From: Felis catus
Lineage: Eukaryota
Length of the DNA: 64,000 nt
NCBI RefSeq assembly: GCF_018350175.1
Contig: NC_058369.1
Coordinates: 18,044,001 to 18,108,000 of the forward strand
Direction: 5' to 3'
The position numbers were made by a program, and so were the translations under genes. Shown here piece by piece: positions 13,661 through 25,770 of the stretch (its first letter is position 1; every line of letters begins with the position of its first letter). Under the pieces are notes generated by a model, which saw only the letters and a program-made list of their open reading frames with translations, was not told the origin of the DNA and searched no databases.

Positions 13661-13889
13661 AATACCACCTCTTCGTTTTTATTTTAGTTTTTTTTTAATG
13701 TTTATTTCTGAGAGAACATGAGCAGGAGAGGGGCAGAGAGAGAGCGAGACACAGAAACTGAAGGAGGCTCTAGGCTCTGAGCTGTCAGCACAGAGCCCGA
13801 CATGGGGCTCAAACTCACAAACCATGAGATCATTACCTGAGCCAAAGTCAGACGCTTAACCTACTGAGCTGCCCAGGCGCCCCTCTTAA

Positions 13890-14235
13890 TGTTTATTTCA
13901 ATATTATATTAAATTACCTATCTTGAGGGGCGCCTGGGTGGCTCAGTCGGTTGAGCGGCCGACTTCGGCTCAGGTCATGATCTCACGGTCCGTGAGTTCG
14001 AGCCCCGCGTCGGGCTCTGTGCTGACGGCTGGGAGCCTGGAGCCTGTTTCGGATTCTGTGTCTCCCTCTCTCTGACCCTCCCCTGTTCATGCTCTGTCTC
14101 TCCTTGTCTCAAAAATAAATAAAACGTTAAAAAAAATTTTTTAAAAATCTATCTTGATTCCTGAGTTTTTTGGCACCCATTCAAATTTTGTGCCCAAGGT
14201 AAATGCCTCATTCTCCTCATGCTAGTCCCAGCCCT
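13890..14235 (-). mobile_element. MER96B-like hAT element end, split by a SINE (13928-14140)
   Basis: tgagttttttggcacccattcaaattttgtgcccaagg...ctagtcccagccct resembles the reverse of the remembered MER96B 5' end. Confidence 0.5.
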
Positions 14236-14879
14236 ACTATTATAATTCAAAAAACAAAAACAATAAAACAATGTGTGTGCATAACAGAAATAATATGACA
14301 AAGCAAATGCAGTAAAATGTTAACATTTGGGGGATGTGAATATGAGAATTCTCTCTTCTATTTGCAACTTTTCTGAAATTATTTCAAAAGAAGTTAAAAA
14401 ATGAGTTCTGAATGAAAACGTGGATATCTGGAATATTAGAAAATATGTTTATTGGCAAAAGAATGGTTAAGCAGATCCATGACTGATTACAGAGCTTTCA
14501 AAAATCATGTTGTTGGAGGCGTACCTGGCTGGCTCAGTCAGTAAAGCATGTGACTCTTGATCTTGGGTTGTGAATTCAAACCCCACGTTAGGTGTAGAAA
14601 TTACTTTTTAAAAAATCATGCTTTTGGAGACAATTTAATAACAAGGAAAAAATGCTCACTATAGGCAGAAAAGAGTAAAAGCTGCCTGAATATGCTATAT
14701 GATGTCAGCTTTTACATGCATGTTTTTACCTATGCATAAATAAAAAATAAAACCACCAAAATATTAATGATGGCTTTCTTTGGGTGGTAGAATCAGGGAC
14801 AATCTACATTTTGTTTATGCTTTTATATGATTTCTAAGTTTAAAAATAATATATACTGCTAGAAGAAATAGATTATTTT

Positions 14880-15086
14880 TTTTTCAACGTTTATTTTTTT
14901 GGGGACAGAGAGAGACAGAGCATGAACGGGGGAGGGTCAGAGAGAGAGGGAGACACAGAATCGGAAACAGGCTCCAGGCTCTGAGCCATCAGCCCAGAGC
15001 CCGACGCGGGGCTCGAACTCAGGGACCGCGAGATCGTGACCTGGCTGAAGTCGGACGCTTAACCGACTGCGCCACCCAGGCGCCCC
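14880..15086 (-). mobile_element. Young feline Can-SINE
   Basis: CpG-intact copy; perfect TSD agaaatagattatttt. Confidence 0.93.
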
Positions 15087-17466
15087 AGAAATAGATTATT
15101 TTAATGTAAAGTATGAAACGAAACAGAACAATGAGCCACGAGCTCTTTGTTAGTGAACACCGAAAACAGTATTGAGAATCAGAACTTAGCATAGTATCTC
15201 TTTAAAAAATTTCATAGGGGCACCTGGGTGGCTCAGTTGGTTAAGTGTACAACTCTTGGTTTCAGTTCAGGTCATGATCTCACGATTTGTGAGTTCAAGC
15301 CCCACATCAGGCTCTGTACTGCCAAAGCAGAGCCTGCTTGGGATCTCTCTCCTTCACTACCCTCCCCCACAAAATAAAGAAATAAACTTAAAAAAAAAAT
15401 ACTTTTTTTTTTCCTAGCTGAGATCTGTGACCCTCTCAAAAGAATATACAATGAGCTCATTTACTGCTAACTTTATATTTGTGTTTGTTAACATACTGAA
15501 AGATGGCCTAAACATTTAGTAAGGAATTAGTATTAAAAATGTAACGGAAGGGTGCCTGCGTGGCTCAATCAGTTAAGCATCCAACTACTTTTTTTAATTT
15601 TTTATTTATTGATTTATTTGGGGAGGAGGGGCAGTGGGAAAGAGAAAATCTTAAGCAGGCTCCACCCCCACCATGGAACCTGATGTGGGACTCCACCTCA
15701 CAACCGAGATCATGACCTGAGCTGAAATCAAGAGTCAGACACCTAACTGATTGAGCCACCCAGGTGCTCCAAGAGTCCAACTCTTGATTTCAGCTCAGGC
15801 ATGATCTCAGAGTCGTAAGATGGAGCCTGGGGCTCTGTGCTGGGCATGGAGCCTGCTTAAGATTCTCTCTCTCCCTTTCTCTCTGCCCCTCTTCTGCTTG
15901 TGGGAGAGTGAGTGCATGTGCTCTCTCTTTCTCAAGAAAAAAAGTAACTTATTAAGCAGTAATCAAAAATCAATTACATAAAATGATTACTAAAATCGAG
16001 GTTTATAGAAATGCAAAGGAAGTTCAGGGCAGCGATTTAAACAGGTAAGAAATATGAAGTAAATGTCTATGCAGAGAGTACAAAAGATCACAAAATTCAG
16101 GGCGCCTGGCTAGCTCAGCAGAAAGCGTGCAGCTCCTGATCTTGGGGTCATGAGTTCGGGCCCCACAATGGATATAGAGATTACTTAAGTAAACAAAAAA
16201 AATTTTTTTAACCACAAAATTCAAAATAAAACTTAGTGATAAATGCCAGAAAAATTAAAAACTCATATGCAAGCTCAATAATGACAGTAAAAACAAAATT
16301 GAATGTCATTTGTCATACTTTCGTTCACTTAGAACATGGACTGATTCTTCTGAAACTCTTCCAAAAATTGCAGAGGAGGGAACATTTCCTAATACAAAAT
16401 TATCACGCCAGCAATGTTCTGATAGCAAAGCTAGACAAAGATACCACAAGAAAAGAAAACTTCAGATCAGTAACACTTATGTATAGATGAAAAATCCTAA
16501 AAAAAAAAAAAAAAAAAAGTAACCCCAAACTAGCAAATCCAACTGAATCCAACAGCATATTAAAAAGATTACACACCACGACCAAGTAGGATCTATTGCA
16601 GGAGTGCAAGAGTTAAAAAAAAAAAAAAAAAAAAAAAGGAGTGCAAGAGTAGTTCATCATAAGACTATAAATGTAATGTGCCACATTAATAGAATGAAGG
16701 AAAAAACTGCACGATCATCTTAATAGATGCAAAAAACATATTTAATTAAGTTCAGCAGTTGTTCATAAAAAAAAGTCAGAAAATAGGAATGGAAATTCAT
16801 TAACATGAAAAGGAGTATTTATAAAAAAAAATCCACAGCTACCATCATACTCAATGGTGCAAAACTGAAAGCTCTTCTTCTAACATCCAGATCAAGACAA
16901 GGATGCCTACTTTCGCCACTGCTATTTAGCGATGTCTCTATTATAGATAATGTGATTCTATGTACAGAAAAATTCCAAAGAATCCATTTAAAAACTACTA
17001 ACAAATGAATTCAGCAAAGTTACAGGGTATAAGATCGACAAACAAAAATCAAGTGTGTTTCTATATATTAGTAATGAACAATCCAAAAAGGATATTAAGA
17101 AAACAATTCTGGGGCACCTGGCAGGCTCAATCAGTAGAGTATGCAACTCTTGATCCTGCGGTGGCGAGACTGAGCCCTATGTGGGGCTTTGTGCTGACAG
17201 TACAGAGCCTGCTTAGGATTCTCTCTCTCCCTCCCTCTCTTCCCCTCCTCCCTCTCAAAATAAATAAACATTTAAAAATAAATAGCACCAAAAAGAATAC
17301 CTAGGAATAAATGTAACAGAGGAAATGAAAGATGTATACACTGAGAACTACAAAACATCACTGAAAGAAATATACCTGAAACTAATATAATACTATATGC
17401 TAACTACACTGGATTTACTTTTTAATTATCTTTGGTTTTCTCTTTTTTTAAAATTAAATGTTTTCC

Positions 17467-17686
17467 GGGGCGCCTGGGTGGCGCAGTCGGTTAAGCGTCG
17501 ACTTCAGCCAGGTCACGATCTCGCGGTCCGTGAGTTCGAGCCCCGCGTCAGGCTCTGGGCTGATGGCTCGGAGCCTGGAGCCTGTTTCCGATTCTGTGTC
17601 TCCCTCTCTCTCTGCCCCTCCCCCGTTCAAGCTCTGTCTCTCTCTGTCCCAAAAATAAATAAACGTTGAAAAAAAAAATTTTTTTT
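17467..17686 (+). mobile_element. Young feline Can-SINE
   Basis: CpG-intact; TSD aattaaatgttttcc. Confidence 0.93.
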
Positions 17687-17742
17687 AATTAAATGTTTTC
17701 CTTTTTTAGAGAGAGAGAGAGCACAAGCAGGGGAGAGGGGCA

Positions 17743-17766
17743 GGGAGGGAGGGAGGGGGAGGGAGG

Positions 17767-17808
<42 letters not shown>
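17743..17808. repeat. (GGGA)n(GA)n microsatellite within a SINE
   Basis: Direct reading. Confidence 0.9.
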
Positions 17809-17813
<5 letters not shown>

Positions 17814-20800
17814 TCTTAAGCAGGCTCTATGCTCAGCATGGAGTCTGACACAGGGCCCAATCCCCTAACACTGGGATCATGACCTGAGCTGAAACCAAGA
17901 GTCGGATGCTCAACTGACTGAGCCACCCATGTAACCCCTTTGTTTCTTTCTACCTACAAAAGAAATACAGATTCATTTAAGCAACCCTATTGTTACAGAA
18001 ATATACAACACAGAAACAAAACAAAACAAACAAACAAAACCCCATAAAAATTAAAGTAAACCTAACTAAATGGAAGACATCCCATGTTCATAGATTAAAA
18101 GACTTAATATTGTTAAGATGGCAATACTCTCTAAAGTGATCTACAGATTCAACACAATCTCTATCAAAATTCCGATGGCCTCTTTTGTAGAAATGGAAAA
18201 GGTGATTCTCAAATTCACATGGAACTGTAAAGGCTCCAAATAGCCAAAATAATATCGAAAAAGAAAAACAAAGGAAGACTCAGACTTTCCAGTTTCAAAA
18301 TTTACTACAGGGGCACCTGGGTGGCTCAGTCGGTTGGGCGTCCAACTTCAGCTCAGGTCATGATCTCACAGTTTGTGAGTTTGAGCCCTGCATCGGGCTC
18401 TGTGCTGACAGCTTGGAGCCTGAAGCCTGCTTCAGATTCTGTGTCTCCCTCTCTCTCTGCCCCTCTCCCGCTTACACTCTCTCGCTCAAAAATGAACATT
18501 AAAAAAAATTTTAAAAAAAGCTTACTACAAAGCTACAGTAATCAAAACACTGTACTACAAGCATGAGGACAGACATATAGACCCATGGAATAGAATTTAG
18601 AGTCCAGCAATAAATTCAAACATCTATGGCCAAATGATTTTCAACCACAGTCCCAACAACATTCAATGGGAAAAACAGTCTCTTCAGCAAATAGTGCTGA
18701 GACAACAGGATATCCAAAGAATGAAACTAGAACCCTACCTAACTCCACATACAAAAATTAACTCAGAATGGGGGTGCCTGGTAGGTCAGTTAGTTGAGCA
18801 TTCAACTCTTGACTTTAGCTCATGTCATGATCCCAGAGTTGTGGGATCAAGGCCCATGTTAGGCTTTACACTGAGCATGGAGCCTGCTCTTCAACCCCTG
18901 ACCCCTGGAGGCTCTCTTTAAAATAAATTTTAAAAATTAAAAAAATGTTTAATTCAAAATGGATCAATGACCGAAATATAAGAGCTAAAACTATAAATAG
19001 AAAAAAATAGGAGTAAATATTCATGATCTTGGATTTGCCAACAGATTCTTGTATTTGACACCAAAACTTTGTGCATCAAAAGACATCAGAGTGAAAAGAC
19101 AACATATAGAATGGGAGAAAATATTTGCCAATCATATATCTAGTAAGGTTTTAATATCCAGAATATACATAGAACTTTCATGACTCAACAACAAAACTAA
19201 CAACCCAATTGAAGTGAACAAACAAAGAAATAATAACAAAAACAAAAACAGAAACAGACTCATACAGAGAACAAACTGGTGGTTGCCAGAGGAGGGACAG
19301 GTAGGAGGATGACTGAAATAGGTGAAGGGAATTAAAAGGTAAGAACTTCTAGTTATAAAATAAGTCACAGGGAGGAAAGTACAGCATAGGGAATATAGTC
19401 AATAATATTGTAATAACTTTGTATGGTGACAGATGGCAACTACATACTGCACATTATGTAGAATTGTCAAATTACTATACCATACTATAGTAGAACTATA
19501 TACTATATGTCAACTACATACTGCAACAATTTTTTTTAATGGGCAAAGGACTTGAATAGATGATTCTCAAAAAAAAAAAAAAAAAGACAAAGAGGCAACA
19601 AGCACATGAAAAGATGTTCAACAACACTACTTACTGGTCATTAATGAAATGCCAATCAAACCACAATGAGACACCACCTCACACCCACCAAGATGGCTTT
19701 AATCCAAAAACTGGTAAATGAATGTTGGCAAGGATGCAGAGAAACAGAAACCTTTGAACACCCTTGATGGGAATGTAAAATAGTGTGGTCACTGTGGCAA
19801 ACTGGTGGTTCCTCAAAAAGGTATATTTGAATAATCAAATGACCCAGCATTTCCACTCTTAGGTATATACGCAAAAGGAATTGAAAACAGGTACTCAAAC
19901 AGATATTTGTTTATGAATGTTCACAGAAGTACTATTCACAATAGCCAAAAGGTAGAAATAGCCCAATGTCCATCAACAGATGAACAGATAAACTGCAGTA
20001 GAATATGCAGTGGAATATTAATCAGCCGTAAAAAGGAATAAAGTAGTGACACATGGTACAACTTGGATGAACCTTGAGAACATAGTGAAAGGAGACAGAC
20101 ACAAAAGCTCCAATATTGTATGATTCATATTCTGAATACAAATTATTCAAAAAAGGTAAATCCATATGTCCATGGAGAAGAAAAGCAGACTGATGGTTGC
20201 CAGGGAATGGGAGAAGGGGAACATGAGGAGTGACTACTAGGTACAGGACGTTCTTTTGGGGCAACGGAGAAATTTTGAAACCAGAGGAATGGTGGTTGCA
20301 TTAACACTGTGAATGTACTATATGCTAAATGCCACTGAAGTGTACACTTTAAAATAGTTAACTACATGTTATGTGAATTTCTTGATTTTTAAAAAGTATG
20401 CTAAGTAAAGGAAAGCCAGGCTCAAAAGACCACATACTGTATGATTCTATTTATATGAAATGCCCAAAAAGGGTAAAACCAGAAGGACAGAAGTACATTA
20501 CTGATTGCCTGGGACTGGGGTGGGAAAGGGAAGTGACTGCAAATGGGCACAAGGGACTTTGGGGATAATAAAAAGTTCTAAAATTGTGGTAATGACTGTA
20601 CAACTCTGTGAATTTACTAAAAATAGTAGAATTGTGTGCTTAAAATGAAGGACTTTTACAGCATATGTTATCAATGAAACTCATTAAAAAAAACATTGAA
20701 TCATATTAGTATTAAATACAAGGAACATGGGGAGGAAATGAAAGAGTCCAGAGAAAAGCAGGAAAAAAAAATCATCCTTTTTCATTCAATAAATATTTAT

Positions 20801-23498
20801 GGAGTCCTACTTACACTAGGCACTGGGATTAGGGTGGAGAGCCAAACAAATCACCTGTCCTCGTGGAGTTTATAATCTAGCTGTGGTGACAAACAAACAC
20901 ATCCTGTCATACAATAAATAAGGCACGGACTCAGTAGGTTCTGAGGTATATTAATAGGAAAAAAAAATAATTTATCATACCCTTTTCTCATTTGGCATTA
21001 CTGGAACTATGAACAGAAAAAGGTTTTACTATTTTACTTGAAGACTTGTGCTCTGTTTGAACTTTTAAAAATTTAGCATGGGTGGCTCAGTCAGTTAAGT
21101 GTCTCACTTTGGCTCAGGTCATGATCTCACAGTTTGTGAGCTTGAGCCCAACATGGGGCTCTGTGCTGACAGCTCAGAACGGGGAGCCTGCTTTGAATTC
21201 TATGTCTCTGGCTCTCTCTCTGCCCTCTCCCGCTCATGCTCTCTCTCTCAAAAATGAATAAACATTTAAAAATAATAAAAATGAAAAAATGAAAATTTAG
21301 CTCTGAAATATGCTCAGATTTTTTAGATTCTGAGAACATGTGAACACAACTGATTTCTACAGACAGAAAAAACCTAGTCTAATCTTGTGTTAGCACAGTA
21401 ATCAACTTAGACATAACACTCAGTACATATTAAAGCACAAAGAACTAAAGATAAGAGACAAAGACTGGGGTGTGATACTCATTGGAGAGGATAGGAATAC
21501 CTCTTCCAGCTTTTGGATATAGAAGACAGAGTCCACTTGAGTAGAGATTTGGGCAACAGAGCCTTAGTTCTTCCTTGGGATTGACAAAACTGCAATTTCC
21601 AGAAAGTTTTATGTGACTTAGGTAGCTGCTGTGAGCCATGTTAAATGTTCTAAGTAAACCCAGATAAGGCAAAGGAGGGAAGTTATCAAGAATTTTAACA
21701 GTGAAAGGTCACTGAATAGGATATTCAATGGGCTTTATAATCCTTTTTATCCACCTAAAAAGTTAACAAGTTTGTAGTTTTCAGCTTCTCTTAAGAAAGA
21801 TGTATTTTAGGGTACCTGGGTGGCTCAGTTGGTTAAGCGTCTGACTTTAGTCCAGGTCATCCTCTCACGGTTCCTGAGTTTCAGTTCCAGCCCCACATCA
21901 GCCGTCATGCACTGTCAGTGTGGAGCCTGCTTTGGATTCTCTCTCTCCCTCTCTGCCCCTCCCCGACACACACTATCTCTGTCTCTGTCTCTCAAGATAA
22001 ATAAATACGCTTTAAAAAAAAAGAAGAAGAAGAAAAGAAAGATGTATTTTGGGGGCACCTGGGTGGTTCAGTCAGTTGAGCATCTGACTCTTGATTTCGG
22101 CTCAGGTCATAATCTCAAGATTCCTGGGATCAAGCCCTGCGCCTGGTTGGGATTCTCTCTCTCCCTCTCCCTGTGCCTCTCCTCTACTTGTGTGTGCATA
22201 CTTTCTCTCTCTTAAAAAAAAAAAAATTTAGGGGGCACCTGGGTGGTTCAGTCAGTTAAGTGTCTGACTTTGGCTCAGGTCATGATCTCATGGTTCACAA
22301 GTTCAAGCCCCACATCGGGCTCTGTGCTGACAGCTTGGAGCCTGGAGCCTGCTTCGGATTCTGTGTCTCCCTCTCTCTCTGCCCCTCCCTGCTTATGCTC
22401 TCTCTCTCTTTCAAAAATAAAAAAAAAAAAATTTAAACAAACAAAAACAGCAGAAGGTCCGTCACCCACAAAGACCTTTAAGAAAAAAGATGTATTTTGA
22501 ATTTTGAACTAAGTTTGAGCTTTTTGCTAATTTTAAACATTCTTCAATGCCTTATTCTATTTGTATTTCCATAAAGTTCTAGGAGATAAATCTGATGTGC
22601 ACCAAAGTGGAGAACCATTGCTAAAAATTGATAACATATCATAGAATCAGAGTAGTTCAAAGCTTATGAAGCCCTTAAATCAGAGTAGCTCTCCAGCAAT
22701 TCAAAGCATAGCTCTCTCTAGTAGCAAACAGCTAGTCCATTTTTATTTTCTAATTTCAAGCTTTGAGTTTTGTAAATATTTAATCATGAATTTCAACATG
22801 TCTTTTAGGATATGAATAAAATGGATGGTTTCAACTCTCCGGTTCTAAAGCCTTTTGATATTCAGAAATGTTGGCATATTTACATGAAAGATTGAATATT
22901 ATATATTCCATTTCAGATTTTTGTTTCTTTTGAAAGCACTGGCATTTAGAGATGCTATGCTACTAAGAAACTAGAAGGTTCTTTTTTTTTTTTTAATGTT
23001 TACTTATTGTTGGGGGGGGCAGCAGAGAGAGAGGGAGACAAAGCGGGCTCTGAGCTGACAGTAAACAGCCCAATGTGGGGCTCGAACTCACGAACCACAA
23101 GATCGTGACCTGAGCTGATGGTGGATGCGTAACCAACTAAGCCACCCAGGTACCTTGAAACTGTAAGATTCTTAATCCTCCAAGTACCTTGAAACTGTAA
23201 GATTCTTAATCCTCCAAGCGCATAAATGTTGCAGTTTAGAAGAGGGGGAGTAAGTCATTTTCCACTCCCAAAGGCACTGATTATTCCATAAACATTAACA
23301 CACACTGCATCCAAGAGGCACCACCGAACACAGACTCTGTCTCGTCTACCCTCAGCCCCAATGCAAAGGTGTAAAGATGCAAATCAGGCTTCTTTATTTA
23401 TTTTCCTTCATATGCCAACATTCATTTCCACCTTTACCTCACCCCAGGCATCCTTTCCAATAGATATCAGCCTAACCTGTTAAGAAAAGTGAAAGCCA

Positions 23499-23733
23499 GG
23501 GGCGCCTGGGTGGCGCAGTCGGTTGAGCCTCCGACTTCAGCCAGGTCACGATCTCGCAGTCCAGGAGTTTGAGCCCCGCGTCAGGCTCTGGGCTGATGGC
23601 TCAGAGCCTGGAGCCTGTTTCCGATTCTGTGTCTCCCTCTCTCTCTGCCCCTCCCCCGTTCATGCTCTGTCTCTCTCTGTCCCAAAAATAAATAAACGTT
23701 GAAAAAAAAAATTTATTAAAAAAAAAAAAAAGA
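23499..23733 (+). mobile_element. Young feline Can-SINE
   Basis: Perfect 17-bp TSD aagaaaagtgaaagcca (23482-23498, 23734-23750). Confidence 0.93.
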
Positions 23734-24539
23734 AAGAAAAGTGAAAGCCAAAGATCTAAGCCTATCAAATTCTTTACACAAGGAATATCTGCCATATTTT
23801 CATGACAAAAGCTGTACCACCATCCTTTAATCTGTCATTTTGCAATATCAGTCATTTATTCTTAATATTTAACAAGACTTTGCAGAACAAGACAAATATA
23901 AGAGGCATAATAAGATTTGAAGTCAAAAACAGGTCTGCATTCTAAAGTTCAGAACTTAACCTCTCTGAGGCCTTGGTATCCTCACAAATTCAATGAGAAC
24001 AGTATTTACTCACCACAAATGACCTGAGAAGGGACTCAATGACCCTATGTATGAAGGTGCTATGACGGTAAAATGCTAGAGATATCATAGTTTTGTTTTG
24101 TATTTTTTCAAAATTGTAGATCTTTTAAAAACTGGAACTCAGTTTCACATTTTTCACACCTACTATTTCACTGTGTGTACCCTGTTCATACAATTTTTTT
24201 TTAGTTACAATTTTTTTAGTTCCACTATATGCAAGTACTGTGCCAAGAATCTGAAATGCATCAGCGAATGTAATTGTCTCAACAACCATATTACCATCCC
24301 ATTTTGTAGCTGAGGAGACTGAGACTAAGAGAAGTGCCCTCAAACAGAAAGTCACACAGCTAGGAAGTGGTTAAGCCAGGATATAACTTATCTAAATTAG
24401 ACAACTCACTAAAAGCAGAGCTGTCATTAAATACAATGCCTGTTTATATTTTTTTGGGAAAAAATCCACCATTGTTTAATTATGGAACCACAGCAATATA
24501 CCGTATGTTAGAATTCCCCAGCTTTCTCCTGGAGAGGGA

Positions 24540-25010
24540 TCATCACATCACGTTGCCTGTTTGCTACCCCCATCCCATGATAAGCTCCTGCAGGCATGAA
24601 TGCTCTTCTCTTCTGTAGCCCATTGCCCAGCAAAATGAGCATGTACCCAACTAAAGCCAGAACGCAGAGGAGGAGTTGAAGGCTGCAACAGGGTTTAACT
24701 GTAAGCCCACCTTCACCCCCATGGCATCACTTAGTACCCCTTCCTCTTTCTATCTAGGTATCTGGACTTACCACTTAGGAGTGGCCTCGCCAATATTTCA
24801 AGTCCTTGTGGGGCTTCACATCAACCCTGCCCCCCACTCTCATTTCCAAATAGGCCACAGGACAGGGTAGATGATCCAAGCTGGGAAAATCATAGTGTTT
24901 CCACTGCTCCAGCACAATGACTTGTTCCAGAATGGGAACCTGTCCCAAGCCAAGTGGAGCAAGGACAGAAAAACTGCTCATGCTTTTTTAAATTGCTCAT
25001 TCTCTGACTG
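24540..25010 (+). mobile_element. MLT1 (MaLR) LTR fragment
   Basis: gatccaagctgg...gacttgttccagaatggg...cccaagcc motif typical of old MLT1. Confidence 0.45.
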
Positions 25011-25364
25011 ATTATAGGCACTGGACAGCCAAAGGAGGGTCTTCTGCAGGGGAGTAACAGGGTCATATATGCATCTTAGAAAGATGATTCCAGTAGTAAC
25101 CAAGGAACAAGACACCAAGGGAATAAGACACACAGTGGGAAGACCAGCAATGGGCCTACAATAATAGTCCTAACAAGAGAGGAAGGGTGAAACCAAGACA
25201 ATGGTAACAGGAATAGAGAAAAGTTAACACTTTGAAATTGCTTTCTGCCTTGCTGGAAATATTGTCCTAAAAGGAAAAACCTGTTTTCTTTGAACCCCAC
25301 ATGTACAGATGAGCATTGTGAACACCTGATTCATACAGCAAGTACTTAACTGAGTTCCTAGAAA

Positions 25365-25770
25365 GCAGTAAGATGAAGAGGTTATGAGCATGGAGTCTGA
25401 GTCTTGCCACTTGAGTTCAAATCCCGGTGTTATGTCACTTACTGGCAGCGTGACCTTGGATGAATTACTTAACCCTAGTGCCTCAATTTCCTCATCTAAA
25501 AGATCAGGATAGGGGCGCCTGGGTGGCTCAGTCGGTTAAGCGTCCGACTTCAGCTCAGGTCACGATCTCGCGGTCCGTGAGTTCGAGCCCCACGTCAGGC
25601 TCTGGGCTCATGGCTCAGAGCCTGGAGCCTGCTTCCGATTCTGTGTCTCCCTCTCTCCCGGCCCCTCCCCCGTTCATGCTCTGTCTCCCTCTGTCTCAAA
25701 AATAAACATTAAAAAAAAACATTTTTAAAGATCAGGATAGTAATAGAACCTACCTTATAGGGTTGCTGGT
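25365..25770 (+). mobile_element. MIR interrupted by a Can-SINE (25512-25725; TSD taaaagatcaggatag-like)
   Basis: MIR core gtgaccttggatgaattacttaacc...cctcaatttcctcatctaaaa. Confidence 0.75.

Larger units (their letters stand above)
15950..20395 (+). mobile_element. Fragmented old L1 (ORF2 to 3' UTR) with several SINE insertions and a nested L1 3' end (~19210-19525)
   Basis: ORF2-like pieces (TATIILNGAKLKA...RQGCLLSPLLF; KLEPYLTPHTKINS) in colinear order. Confidence 0.85.
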
